A DNA stretch of 63,552 nucleotides, the filler included, from Octopus bimaculoides (Eukaryota): NCBI RefSeq assembly GCF_001194135.2. It is 6 parts of 6 records of this genome, joined end to end, with 100 filler letters (N's around TTAATTAATTAA, not from the genome) between each part and the next. Parts side by side here need not be neighbours in the genome. Positions count along the whole stretch, not along the records: positions 1 to 10,110 come from NC_068982.1; positions 10,211 to 18,820 come from NC_068988.1; 4 more parts are not named here. The stretch is one strand, 5' to 3'. Positions within the stretch are counted from its first letter, which is position 1. Each line of letters begins with the position of its first letter. Position numbers and translations under genes: made by a program. The notes beneath the pieces are model-generated. The model did no database searches, was not told the origin of the DNA, and worked only from the letters and a program-made list of their open reading frames with translations. Positions 1-13,312 of the stretch are shown here, one piece after another.

Positions 1-47
<47 letters not shown>

Positions 48-1504
48 CCTATATGCATACACAGTCATACACATGTATACATATATCTACCGTTGTTTGT
101 GTGTGCATGTGTACAAACAACCATAGGTATGTATTTGTATGTAGATACAAGGAAGAGACGATGAGAAAGTTAGTGACCAAAGAGATAAAAATACAACAAA
201 ATGAAAAGCGTGTCAAGTCGTGGACATAAATCAAGACAGTTAAACGTAATGGTAGTTCATGGATTTTATTTGTCATGGGACAAATGTAATAAATGAACAT
301 ATTATCTAACAGTTTCTACTGGTCTGCAGTTTGAGAAAAAAAAATCCCCCAGCATTTATGAAGGGAGCTGTCTACGACTGCTGAAGGGACTTTGTGGATA
401 ACGAGGCCAATAGGAGATAGGCATCAATGCGTTCCCTCAGAATGAATGATGTTGTTTTGAATGGAAAGAAGTGAAAAGTACAGACACAAGAACACAGTCT
501 GTATACCAACTCTTTGAATTAAATATCGATTCTTTTAACGATACAGACCGTTTCAGTCCGTCTAATTTTAGTCACAGAGCAATCATAGAAGACTGCTGCC
601 GAGGCACCGCGATGCGGGAATGAACCTGGTATTTCCTGACTGCAGTTCTGTTAACAATTGCAATAATCTTGCTTCCACAGACAGACAAATGTAAAAAATA
701 TCATACATAGATAAAATAACGCTCGTATACACATATACAGACCTAATGGCAACTTTGAAAAAGATCAAAAGTGAAAGTAGATGGCAGTCATCACTGTTAA
801 CTGTTCGTAACCAGTTAGCGATTGGTTCATCACAGATCATTGACACTGTGTTATTACCAATGTTTTTTAAGACTAATGATTATTTCATTCCACAAAATAA
901 AAAAAATAGGCACGTAACATATGATGCAACTCACTATTATAAGCAATGAAGTCACTATAAAATTAACGAGCGTTGCTTTATTCAACCGTACTGAATAAGG
1001 GCGATTATAGAAGCGTTCGTTCACCTAACAGTGTTATTTCATCCAATTCTCATACTATGAAAGCCGATAATATAAAACAAGAAGTGAAGGAAAATTTGGG
1101 TTTATATCTACCGATGTAATACTGTTAAAATAAGCAGAAACAATTTACAGTATATAATGTAACAAGTTGTTGTTTAGAACAAAGTCTGCTATAGTAGACG
1201 GACATATAATTGAAGTATTCCACTTGTGACCATCCCGTCATTTTAGGACTGATTGTGATTTCAGAGGGATTTAGCTACATTTCTGAGAGAGTGGCCTTAA
1301 CTCGTAATTTGAGTAGCTGAAATGGTAGGTGATCAAATATTTAATCAACCGCCATTGAGTAGATGCTTGTGCAAGACTCGTTAAGTGAGCTTATTTAAAA
1401 AAAAAAAACATTGACAAATAAGGACTGTGCACCACTATTTTTGTATAAACCTTCAAATCTAGTGCAAAGGGTGAAAGAATCCACAACTTACAGGTTGCTA
1501 CAGC

Positions 1505-2165
1505 AGGATACAGCAATATCACACTTTGTGTAATCCACAGACACAAGAATACGTGCGCGCACGCACGCACGCACACACACGCACACGCACACACACACTT
1601 TGTGTAATCCTCGAGTTAGAGAGCAGATCAGAATGACTGCAACAAATTGGACTCAGTCAAAAGCACACAAGGGCAACAGCATGATGCTAAACATGAAGTC
1701 TACCTGATGCCCTTTTGCATCGATTTCAACCACCCAATTTCATTCACAAGCTTGGGCCGACCTAAAATTAAGGTAGATGACGCTTACTCAAAGTGTTGAA
1801 GTTTGGGATTGATTCCACAACTACGAGTTTACGACATCACATTCTTAACAACATAGTCATATCTACGAGTAGTCTTTACCTACGGTTGATCTGTTCTTCC
1901 CCTTGTTGATGTTTGCACATTGCTTAATTTCGATCTTAAATGTCAATTCACAAGTTTTCATTCATTTTCTGGAATTTACTGGAAGGAAGACGTGGATTAA
2001 ATTTGACTGGAACAGGAAAGTAAAAATTAACACTGAGGCCAAGCTAGTTTAAGTCAGTAAATTTATAACAGCTGTAACAAATGTGGCAATGGAGGAATCT
2101 TCCTAAGATATTGATCATAGGATCTGTGTCTGTGGATTACACAAAGTGTGGTGTTGCTGTATCCT
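1505..2165. repeat. Pair of 41-bp inverted repeats (1505-1545 / 2125-2165), possible MITE ends
   Basis: aggatacagcaatatcacactttgtgtaatccacagacaca versus the reverse complement at 2125-2165, 2 mismatches; no clear TSD. Confidence 0.5.
1715..1862 (-). mobile_element. Degenerate SINE family B head/core
   Basis: Similar to the cactcacaaggctttgg...cccaaggtgcc pattern of the better-preserved family B copies in this window. Confidence 0.5.
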
Positions 2166-3343
2166 CAAAATAAAGAAAAAGGCAAAATGGATGTCATCCG
2201 TCATACGCCTGGCCAATGACGGATGACTTGATCTAAGCAATAACAACAACAGAACATAAAATAATCAATACGTACACCGATGTCTTATAACCAGCAGAAG
2301 ACTGATTGGTATAGTTTACCATCCCATATTATGTTCTGGAGTTCTATATCTCGGGCTACATTTTTTTGAGGGCGGCCTCATTTATCAAGGTGGTGGGGCA
2401 CAATTTGAAGGAGAATTAATTGTTATTTCTAACAGGTAGAGCATGAATACGTCCCTTTAATGAGTGAAGCGGGATAATTAAATAGTTGTGCAAAATGTCG
2501 AAGACTGATTAAAGATGAATACAAACATAAATGAGATGCATATAGAATTTTAAGACAAAATATTCTTCCTCTTTAATATATTTACGTGCGTAAATATGTA
2601 AACACAAGGTTGACGTTGATTACCGATGAATGAACTGAACTTTTTACGAGAATGTTGAGAGAGTTAAGAAATGAGGATAATGAATACAAATCTGCGAAAA
2701 GTAACCATTAAAGTTAATATTTGTTCATGAAAGAAAACAAAATTCGATCTATTCTATACTGATGATATTGAAGCTGACTACGACAAAATACAGATAGATA
2801 ACCTAATCGGAAGATAATGGATATGAGGTTGACGCTGGCGAATTCGAAGTTGACGGACGAATTTGAGGGGAGAAGCCTGAATTCAGGTACGTAAATATAT
2901 TGATCGATAGCAGGATGGCTTTGACTGTCGGAGATGATTGAGCTAGATATTTTAGGAATGTTGTGAGAGTTAAAAGAATGGAAATAAGGAATAAAAAGTT
3001 AAACTGATTTTATTCAGTTTTGTCGTGTTGTGTATATCCGTAGTACAGTATGTATTTTATCTACATCTGATGTACAAAATATGTTTATTTATAATAATAA
3101 TGTTCAGTACGACAAGTTTTATAATACAATACTTGTTATCCTTAAAACGGCTTACTAAAATCTACATTCTTTAACGATTCTGTGATAAATGTCAATAATC
3201 AATAATAGAGTTTGACATCTGTGAATATTTTTAAGTTGCTGATGACGAAATCAAGATTGACGACGACGTAATTGAAACTGATGATAACAAAATTTAAGCC
3301 AACTATGACGAATTTGAGAATGACGTCGACAAGATTGAGGAGA

Positions 3344-3443
<100 letters not shown>

Positions 3444-4479
3444 GACGTACGAGGATATACTTCAGTTTGGTCAACCAGCTTATAATAACGGACGCGCACA
3501 TAGACAAAGATATAATCCGACTCTCCATATGTACAAACAAACACACATACATACTCACACGCTATCCCACACACCCACACACATGCGTATATGTAGTTTA
3601 TATGAAATATACATATCTACTTTCGATTTATGGGGAGTATATATTTTCATACTACACACATATATATCCCCTTTCAAATCTAGCGACATCTGATGCTTGC
3701 TCGCCACTTCGGTAGATTTAAACTCAGCCACATAAAGCAAGTTAAAGACATCAACAAATCCTTAACTATGTCTCCCAGACCTGACCCCACTCCACACGCC
3801 TACTACTACTACTACTACTACTACTACAACCTCTACGAACACCCGCTGCCATCACCATCAACATTCACACAGTCCACTACAATGTCACGCTATGATAAAA
3901 CTTTGATGTCTTATTGAATTAATGATTAATGATCAGAGTTTCGTTGATACTACCTTACCAATTCACCCATTATTTATTTCTGTTTCTCCTCTCTCTCTTC
4001 CTTTCTCATTCTGCCTCCCTCTCCATCCATCCATCCATACATACATACATACATAATACTCATATATTCATATTTATATATAACCAGTACCACAAGCAGC
4101 TGCACTCTGTCACCAGCAATAGCAGAAGTATGTGGCTTATAATGACCAATCATGGAGTGTCGACTTGATAGAAATAACCGATAAACATCATCAATTCAAA
4201 ACTATACAGTCTTGAAAAGAAATGCAGACATACTGGATAGTATATTCCTGGATAAGCTTTAAAAGGAGGTATAGGTCACGTTGGAAAGTCTGTGATCACG
4301 TGTCTCCTTTGTCATGGTTGACCTGGAGCTCTAAAATACGACTAAGACAAAATATCGTTGTCTTAATTATTGTTACCATCAATATCGTCAGCATTCTGGT
4401 GAACATTGTTATTTTTGACGTTTTCGTTCTTTTCTACCACTTTAATGACATCTCTACCGTATACCTTCGTGCCCTCCAG

Positions 4480-4800
4480 ATCATCATCCACATCATCATC
4501 AGCATTATCATCATCTCCATCATTATCATAATCGTCATCATCTTCATTGTCACCATCACCATGATCATGATCATGTTCATCATCATAATCATCAACTTCA
4601 TCCTCATCACCATCATCATCATCACCATTTTCTTTACTAACATCAGTTCATCATAAATATATCAGCGTTATCGCCACTGTTGCCATCATCGCTGTTATCG
4701 CCAACATCATCATCATCTACACCACCAACCACCACCACCGCCATCATCACCACCGCCATCGCTATCACCATCAAACACAAACACTATCATCATCACGGAA
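4480..4800. repeat. Degenerate (ATC/CAT/ACC)n trinucleotide tract
   Basis: Direct reading; it produces the spurious Ile-rich and Met-rich ORFs 4222-4656 and 4434-4643. Confidence 0.9.
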
Positions 4801-5110
4801 ACCATCAGTGTCATAGACGTCGCAGTCGCAGTCATTATCGTCATGGTGGTCGTCCGTAGTTATCATTGTGGTTGTTGCTTTTGTTGTTGTTGTTGTTGTT
4901 CTTGCTGTTGTCTACCTCATCGACAGCCATTATATCAACAAGCCGAGAGATCATACATTATTCAAGCGAAAGCGTATCGCTATCGTTCCGATATGTTAAA
5001 ACATCTAATGACTTATGAAGACTCACATGACGCGTCTATTTGACCTCAAAGTAAATGGGTCTTATAAATCCTCTCAGAGTAATACATTATACACACACCA
5101 TCACACACTG

Positions 5111-5144
<34 letters not shown>

Positions 5145-5753
5145 AGACACACATACGTAGACACACAAGCAGAGGCGCACCGCACTCACATATGCAATCG
5201 CCATTGTATATTTTCAAGTGTTTCCACATACAAATTAGGTTTACGGACGGAATGAAGGGAATTCGATACCTTTGATGGAATAAATTTATTGTATGTATTA
5301 GTTATGGCCATTTTACATCTCGGAATTCAGAGTTTCAAACCCAGGTATATATNNNNNNNNNNNNNNNNNNNNNNNNNNNNNNNNNNNNNNNNNNNNNNNN
5401 NNNNNNNNNNNNNNNNNNNNNNNNNNNNNNNNNNNNNNNNNNNNNNNNNNNNNNNNNNNNNNNNNNNNNNNNNNNNNNNNNNNNNNNNNNNNNNNNNNNN
5501 NNNNNNNNNNNNNNNNNNNNNNNNNNNNNNNNNNNNNNNNNNNNNNNNNNNNNNNNNNNNNNNNNNNNNNNNNNNNNNNNNNNNNNNNNNNNNNNNNNNN
5601 NNNNNNNNNNNNNNNNNNNNNNNNNNNNNNNNNNNNNNNNNNNNNNNNNNNNNNNNNNNNNNNNNNNNNNNNNNNNNNNNNNNNNNNNNNNNNNNNNNNN
5701 NNNNNNNNNNNNNNNNNNNNNNNNNNNNNNNNNNNNNNNNNNNNNNNNNNNNN

Positions 5754-5808
<55 letters not shown>

Positions 5809-6467
5809 ATATATATATACACATACATACATGCATGTATTTATATGGAGAGAGAAAAAGAGAGAGGCATAGTGTACTTCGCATGATTGCTCTACACATT
5901 TATAAAGTAACAAATTTGCTTTAACAATTTCAATGTTCAATGCCACGGACATTTTAATCGTACGATCTTCGAGGACAATCTTTGTACAGTTCGAGTTTTT
6001 TCAAGTGCTGAAACAACAATGAGTTTCTGCATTCTCCATTGCCATCAACGTATACACACATACACGCACGCACACGCACACACACACATACATACACACA
6101 TGCCCACAAACACACACATACACACATGCCCACAAACACACACATACACAGGTATATGTACCTTCATGAAACCGTTAATCCGGAGACGTTTTTATAATCT
6201 CTATGTTTTTTTTTTACCTCTCTCCGCTGTTTCCTTTTCTCATTGCTTCATGTAGAAGAGCGTAGACTCGAAGCGTCAAAAGCTCTTCCATTTTGCCTGA
6301 GTGTCAAACTAATATACCTTGCTTCGTGTACCTTTACTTGTCTCTGTCTTCTGTTTTGAGGGGCACGTTTCGTACATTTTGAACCATATACATACCTATA
6401 TACATGCACGCACGCACACACATATATACACACGCGCACACACACNNNNNNNNNNTATATATAGTAG

Positions 6468-7133
6468 ATGAAGAAGGACTGTAAAACCAAGGTAGGACGA
6501 GTATCTCAAGTCATTTAGAATATTTAATTAGAGTAATGTGAATTTGAACTTAATTAATTATTGGATTCTTACACCTGTTTCTTGGATATCCCAAGTGATA
6601 GGTTAGCATTCCCATAAGCTCTTAATCATATTAAGGATGTCAGCTTCGAATTTATCCAGCTGAGAGTTGTGAGGAGGATTTTTATAGGACCTAAGGTTAT
6701 ATTTATTAATGCTACTATCATCGAGTTTGTGTCTATTATCGTAGAAGACATACCCATTCCATCTCAAAATACTTTCCTCCTACTTTTACTTAGCAAAATT
6801 AATGACCTTATTAGATGGATGAGATGGCTGGCTTTCTTCTACGATAATAGACACAAACTCGATGATAGTAGCATTAGTAAATATAGCCTTAGACCCTACA
6901 GAAATCTTCATCACAGCTCTCAGCTGGATAAATTTGAAGCTGACATCTTTAATATGATTAATCACTTAAAGAGATGCTAACCTAACACTTCGGATAACTC
7001 AGAAACAACTGTAAGACATCCAATGACTTATTAATTAACTAATTCATTAATTACCTCAAATTCACCTTACTCTAATAAAATATTCTAAATGACTTGAGAT
7101 AATCGACCTACTATGATTTTGTTGTCCTTCCTC
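6468..7133. repeat. Fold-back: arms ~6468-6748 and ~6835-7133
   Basis: 6707-6748 is the exact reverse complement of 6835-6876 (42 bp); the outer arms align with many substitutions and indels. Confidence 0.9.
6749..7030 (+). mobile_element. Penelope-like element ORF N-terminal remnant
   Basis: Translates DIPIPSQNTFLLLLLSKINDLIRWMRWLAFFY...YSLRPYRN...QLDKFEADIFNMINHLK, matching the recalled PLE N-terminal pattern NIPIPS..Y...LI.K.E.F..RMRWKAFF...FE.DL..MI; contains stops. Confidence 0.7.
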
Positions 7134-7284
7134 TAATTTGTACTTTATAACTCAGAAGCCTAGCTCCAGCCTCAGCTGCAAACTTGGAACCTAACGGATG
7201 ACCAATTGTAGCACTTACACAGCGTACCTATTCGTTTAGATCACCAGTGAACTAAACCCCTCATATTCTCCCTCTCTCTCTATG

Positions 7285-7316
<32 letters not shown>

Positions 7317-7415
7317 AGCTGAGTGGAGACGCTAAGCTCTTTTGCTCGAAAATACAGGGACGCAGATAGTGTGTCGTATAGCCAAGACTGCTACATTGTG
7401 TTGGCAAATAATCTT

Positions 7416-7449
<34 letters not shown>

Positions 7450-9619
7450 AAGATTATTTGCTATNNNNNNNNNNNNNNNNNNNNNNNNNNNNNNNNNNNN
7501 NNNNNNNNNNNNNNNNNNNNNNNNNNNNNNNNNNNNNNNNNNNNNNNNNNNNNNNNNNNNNNNNNNNNNNNNNNNNNNNNNNNNNNNNNNNNNNNNNNNN
7601 NNNNNNNNNNNNNNNNNNNNNNNNNNNNNNNNNNNNNNNNNNNNNNNNNNNNNNNNNNNNNNNNNNNNNNNNNNNNNNNNNNNNNNNNNNNNNNNNNNNN
7701 NNNNNNNNNNNNNNNNNNNNNNNNNNNNNNNNNNNNNNNNNNNNNNNNNNNNNNNNNNNNNNNNNNNNNNNNNNNNNNNNNNNNNNNNNNNNNNNNNNNN
7801 NNNNNNNNNNNNNNNNNNNNNNNNNNNNNNNTATATATATATATATATAAGTAATAAAAGATATGGATTCAGTGAATTGTGCGGCTAACACAGTAAGCTC
7901 CTCTTGCGAACTCGGCTATTCAACCACATAGCAATCAATTAAAAGGTAGTGTAATGTAAAGAGTTCATGTAACTATATTTATATAACGGTCCTTTAACCA
8001 TGACTTTAACTTAATGCAGTGTTAGGAAGAAAGTGATCAAGATAACAGCCACATTTTAAATAAACGCATATTCACCTATGCCTTTTGGTTAGATGAAGTA
8101 ACGTCACATATATATTACACAGGTATAACGATCATTCAGACATTTTAGATAAAAAAAAAAAAAAGCTGTCAACGACAGATCAGAAACCAAAGTAACTCCA
8201 CATTAATGTTCTACTATCAAGCAAAATAAAATCTTCATGTAGCCCTCATTATGCTTGAACCTGTAACTCACACTGTAAAATCTCACCGTACTCTGTTTAA
8301 AACTTGTACCAGACATGTATATCCAAAATGATCTCATGCATGATCCCAGATATAAATTTTCCTTATAGAAGGACATGGCTTGAACAGTCTTGGCTATGTG
8401 CTTCTTTAATCAGGGCTGCGTTCGAGTAAACGTCAGAGCAATAAAGTATCAGAAGATATTTCAGATGAGGTTTAGAAAATTTAAAATATTACTTTAAATA
8501 AAATATAGTAAACGCCAGCACCTGTATTTTTGTCTAGACCCAAACGAAGCCCAATGGACCAATGAGATTTGTTATCAAAAGTTCAAGTCATCCGACGGAG
8601 GTCATCTAGGCTTTTTGTGCATTAGGTAATACTGCCTACTGTATTATTTCACTTTTGAGACCACAGTTTTGGTTTCTATTTCCAGTGGATTGAGTTACAG
8701 CAGAGTGGCACCTTCACTGGCTCACTATACAAAGAAGGATGTGGTATGTTTTATGGATGTATGTATTTATGTACGTGTATGTGGTATATATATATATATA
8801 TATATATAGCGAGTGTGTGTGAGACTAACACTACTCCCTCTCCACTACAAAATCTCAAGCATAATAGTCTGGCAACAATTCAAATTGTTTTCACGACGTT
8901 TTTCAAATGCTGTCACCTATTTTTGTTTTTCATATTTCAATACGAATCTCTGCTATACTTGCACGTAAGCACAGCCGTTCACCATACAACACACACACAC
9001 ACACACACACAAACGTATAGAGGGGGAGAATGAGCGGGAGAGAGAGTGAGAGAGAGAGAAAGCAAGAGAAGCAGACAGAGAGACAATCAGACAGAGACAG
9101 ACAAGAGAAAGAAAGAGAGAGAGAGAAAGAAAGAGACAGACAGACAAACAGACAATCATACAGAAAGATAGACAGAGACAAATAGAGAGCGGTGGGGAGA
9201 GAGACGGGCTGGCAAAGTGCGGGGCACTGAGTCTCTATACAGCCATTCGACCTGCTACAAACGGCAACTAATTTTTTAAATTATGCCCTGCTTTGAAAGA
9301 ATCGCCACGACTGGAAAGGACTGACTTGATCGATCACGTTCATCTCGGCCTAAACAACAGCAAAAACAAACATACAGACGCATGGGCATGGACATATATC
9401 TGAGCATATTAGGCATCTGCCTGATGTAGCACGGATGAGTTAGATGTGTTGGTGCGATTGTGTAAAAATTCATAAACATACACAAACATGCATATTTGTA
9501 TATGTTTTACTTATGTGCATATGTGTGTGTATGTGTGTGTTTGTGTGCGTGTGTGTATACCTATACACTGTACTCAAGAAGACCCGCATTCCATAGCAGG
9601 AGTTTTAAGACCGGTCCCT

Positions 9620-9775
9620 CTGTGGTGAAAAGCACACGTGGCACTGTAACATAAAAGCACCCTGTCCACTCTGTAAAATAGTTGGCGTTAAAGGAAGCGC
9701 ATCCAGCCGTAGAAATCATGCCAAATCAAACTAGAGTCTGGTGCAGTTCCCCAGCTTGCCCGCTCTGGTCAATAC
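9620..9775 (+). mobile_element. Degenerate family D repeat (LINE-3'-end-like)
   Basis: taaaagcacc...gttggcgttaaaggaagcgcatccagccgtagaaa aligns with the copies at 23900-24190 and 36546-36750. Confidence 0.65.
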
Positions 9776-9933
9776 GAGCTTAAAATGCAGCTAAAGAGCC
9801 TTGTGCACTCGCAGTAATTTTTGTTTATGATTAGAAACACATTCTCTGTCAAGGCTGCAGAGTGTGATTTCAGGGTGATTTTGGCTACTATTTCTCGCCG
9901 TCCACCAAAGATTGATGAATGAATGAGAATATG

Positions 9934-9976
<43 letters not shown>

Positions 9977-10110
9977 AGTGCGCACACACTGACATGTCTG
10001 TGAGTATGTTGAAGATATATGTTAAAGTGTATGATTAGACGTACCAAATAGTTTTACAAGTGTTTGTGAACGTGTTTGTGTGTGTGAATGTGTGTGTATA
10101 TGCGAGTACA

Positions 10111-10210
10111 NNNNNNNNNNNNNNNNNNNNNNNNNNNNNNNNNNNNNNNNNNNNTTAATTAATTAANNNNNNNNNNNNNNNNNNNNNNNNNNNNNNNNNN
10201 NNNNNNNNNN
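10111..10210. other. Artificial scaffold linker (44N-TTAATTAATTAA-44N)
   Basis: Identical 100-nt construct occurs five times; the 12-mer puts stops in all six frames. Confidence 0.95.
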
Positions 10211-10479
10211 ATATATATATATATATATATACATGCATATATGGGTACAGGACGTCACGAATAGTGCAAGTAACATGAAATACGGAGACAATGAGAAAAA
10301 TAGAAAAACAGGACACAGAGAAAGGACCCTGCTATTGTTGAATGCTCGAAATGTGGAGAAGATAGACAGCCGACAACTGATGAAGGGTCCTTTCTTTGGT
10401 AGTAATTTTACTTTGTACTTATTCCTAGTGCAAGCTTTGAAGAGTACTGTTCGATTTTAACAGTTATATTTTCAAAGCT

Positions 10480-10950
10480 ATTACGGAAGTGACATATTTT
10501 GCTTTATGAGTTCAATATAGGCAACAACGCAACGGAAAGTGTGAGGAATATTAATGCAGTGTATGGGGATCGGACAATAAGCCTAAGTCAGTGTCAACAG
10601 TGGTTTCAGAAATTCCGAGCTGGAAACTACAGCCTAGATGAGCCTTGTCCTGGAAGATTTGTAGAGTTCGTCGAGGACGTCCTAAAATCTCGTCGTGACT
10701 GTTGAGGAACTAGCAAAGAAGGTTGGATTTAGTCATTCAACCATTCATCGACACCTGCGTGCCATCGGAAAAGTCAGCAAATTGGGTCAATGGGTTCCTC
10801 ACAGACTTTCCGAATCTAATCCTGTGCAGAGAGTGAAGGTATGCTATTCTTTGCTGCCACGTCTCATGAATGGACCTTTTTTTTTTTAACCAAATAGTGA
10901 CTGGTGACGAGAAATGAATTCTCTATAAAAATTTCAAGCGTTGAAGACAA
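10480..10950 (+). mobile_element. Mariner transposase remnant (frameshifted, 3'-truncated)
   Basis: HTH region LYEFNIGNNATESVRNINAVYG..SLSQCQQWFQKFRAGNYSL, second HTH TVEELAKKVGFSHSTIHRHLRAIGKV, mariner motif WVPHRL, then IVTGDEK* (first catalytic D). Confidence 0.92.
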
Positions 10951-11122
10951 CCGTTTCGAAAATCCAGGAACCGCAATGGTGGCTAGTATGTAAGAAAGAT
11001 TGACAAGATAAGTAAAGTGAGGGAATAGATTTTTATTCCGTTTGTTTGCGACTGTTTCATAACCTCTTTAGTTGCATAAGCGATGCTACATCATCTGTCA
11101 CAGATGTAGAAGTCAATAATGA

Positions 11123-11153
<31 letters not shown>

Positions 11154-11158
11154 TGTGT

Positions 11159-11552
11159 GGAGGTGCAATGGCTCAGTGGTTATGGCAGCAGACTCGCGGT
11201 CATAGGATCACGGTTTCGATTCCCAGACCGAGCGTTGTGAGTGTTTATTGAGCGAAAACACCTAAAGCTCCACGAGGCTCCGGCAGGGGATGGTGGCGAA
11301 CCCTGCTGTACTCTTTCACCACAACTTTCTCTCACTCTTACTTCCTGTTTCTGTTGTGCCTGTAATTCAAAGGGTCAGCCTTGTCACACTGTGTCATGCA
11401 GAATATCCCCGAGAACTACGCTAAGGGCACACGTGTCTGTGGAGTACTTAGCCACTTGCACGTTAATTTCACGAGCAGACTGTTCCGTTGATCGGATCAA
11501 CTGGAACCCTCTACGTCGTAAACTGCGGAGTGCCAACAAGAACAACAACAAT
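11159..11552 (+). mobile_element. tRNA-derived SINE family C, near full length, in a (TATG)n tract
   Basis: A box TGGCTCAGTGG (11169-11179), B box GTTTCGATTCC (11213-11223), (AAC)n tail; 3' half shared with 49225-49400. Confidence 0.85.
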
Positions 11553-11779
11553 ATATGTATGTATGTATGTACGTATGTATGTAGGTGTGTATGTATGTAT
11601 GTATGTGTTCAATACATACACACTTCCCGTCTGGCTATACAGCCTTTTGCTTGTTTGTTTATTCACCGTTTCGTTTTCCTGTCTTGTTTTCCGTCCGCCA
11701 CTATCCTCCACGAAAATGAATTAATTTGTGTTCGTGGGAAGAACCATTTCAACGATGCGTACTGCCTTAATTCTTCGAA

Positions 11780-12460
11780 ACGCCGGTGTTTTAATGGTGG
11801 CAGCTGATGAAGGAGACGTTTCTATGTGGCTTGCTTGTTTGTTGTACCTTGCTTATCATTTTGTCCATGTTCTTTTGCCACGTCATGTACCCAGTTATGT
11901 ATCTATGTGTACATGTGGATGAAGGTATATACACACATGTACATATATATGCATATACTCATATATTGTTTATATATATATNNNNNNNNNNNNNNNNNNN
12001 NNNNNNNNNNNNNNNNNNNNNNNNNNNNNNNNNNNNNNNNNNNNNNNNNNNNNNNNNNNNNNNNNNNNNNNNNNNNNNNNNNNNNNNNNNNNNNNNNNNN
12101 NNNNNNNNNNNNNNNNNNNNNNNNNNNNNNNNNTCTCTCTATCTCTCTCGCGTGATGTATATTTATAAATCTTTATAGATATATACGTATACACACATAT
12201 ATACATAATTATATATATATATATATATATATGTATACATATATGTATACATATATATATATATATATAAACAATATATGAGTATATGCATATATATGTA
12301 CATGTGTGTATATACCTTCATCCACATGTACACATAGATACATAACTGGGTACATGACGTGGCAAAAGAACATGGACAAAATGATAAACAAGGTACAACA
12401 AACAAACAAGCCACATAGAAACGTCTCCTTCATCAGCTGCCACCATTAAAACACCGGCGT
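11780..12460. repeat. Near-perfect ~200-bp inverted repeat (11780-11981 / ~12259-12460) around an N gap
   Basis: The arms are reverse complements; I saw one mismatch (cttgcttatc vs cttgtttatc). Confidence 0.9.
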
Positions 12461-13228
12461 AACATAACGAACAGACTACTGTCCAGAACATTTCATGGCA
12501 GGTTGAAACTCTAGACTTTGCTATAAATAGCTAATAGTTTCATTATACGGTCACAAACGATATATGTATTCGTTAAGTTTCCGTCTATATTTACAAATAC
12601 TAGAATTATCAATGAAGTGATGACGGTATATAAATACGAATAACAAAAAGAATGCATTAAAAGAAAGTAAATACAAATTTAAAAAATACGAGATAAAATA
12701 AATGAAAGTAAAATTATTAGAAAGATTTGCTTTCCAAAGATTTGGCTGACCGTCCCGTAGTATTTAAAGGAATAACCCATACGAAAAAACAAACAAACAA
12801 GCAAAACAAAACGAAAAAAACCCCCAGAAATGTAGGAAATCAAAGAAAGACAGAAGATTAAATATAGAAGTAGGAGGCTAGGTTTGTTTAAAACAACGTA
12901 TATGTTTTAGTAACAATATTTGGGTGAGTAGTAAAGCGGTCAAAACTGCTGGTATTTCACGCACGGTTGATTTAGTCGATAAGAAATGTCATTCCAAAAT
13001 CATTGATTACGGCACCAACATACACGCACATACATCTCACATGAAATTTCTCAAACATGTTTTGACACGTACCTTCATATGCACAAGCTCACACACACCC
13101 ACACACATACACTTACACGCACACATACATGCACATTAACTCTCACTCAAAATATTTATATAAAAATAGTAATTTCATGAATGCATGTTCATCACTTTAA
13201 GTGATCTAATCAACCTATATCAGTATTT

Positions 13229-13312
<84 letters not shown>

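Noticed and set aside
11159-11225. tRNA-like A and B boxes (also in other SINE heads)
   Set aside because: No complete cloverleaf, and the sequence continues into a SINE body and tail, so these are not tRNA genes
11770-11815. GAAAC-gccggt-GTT followed by CTGATGA, resembling a permuted (type II) hammerhead
   Set aside because: The intervening ttaatggtggcag cannot form stem I, and the stem II register does not pair
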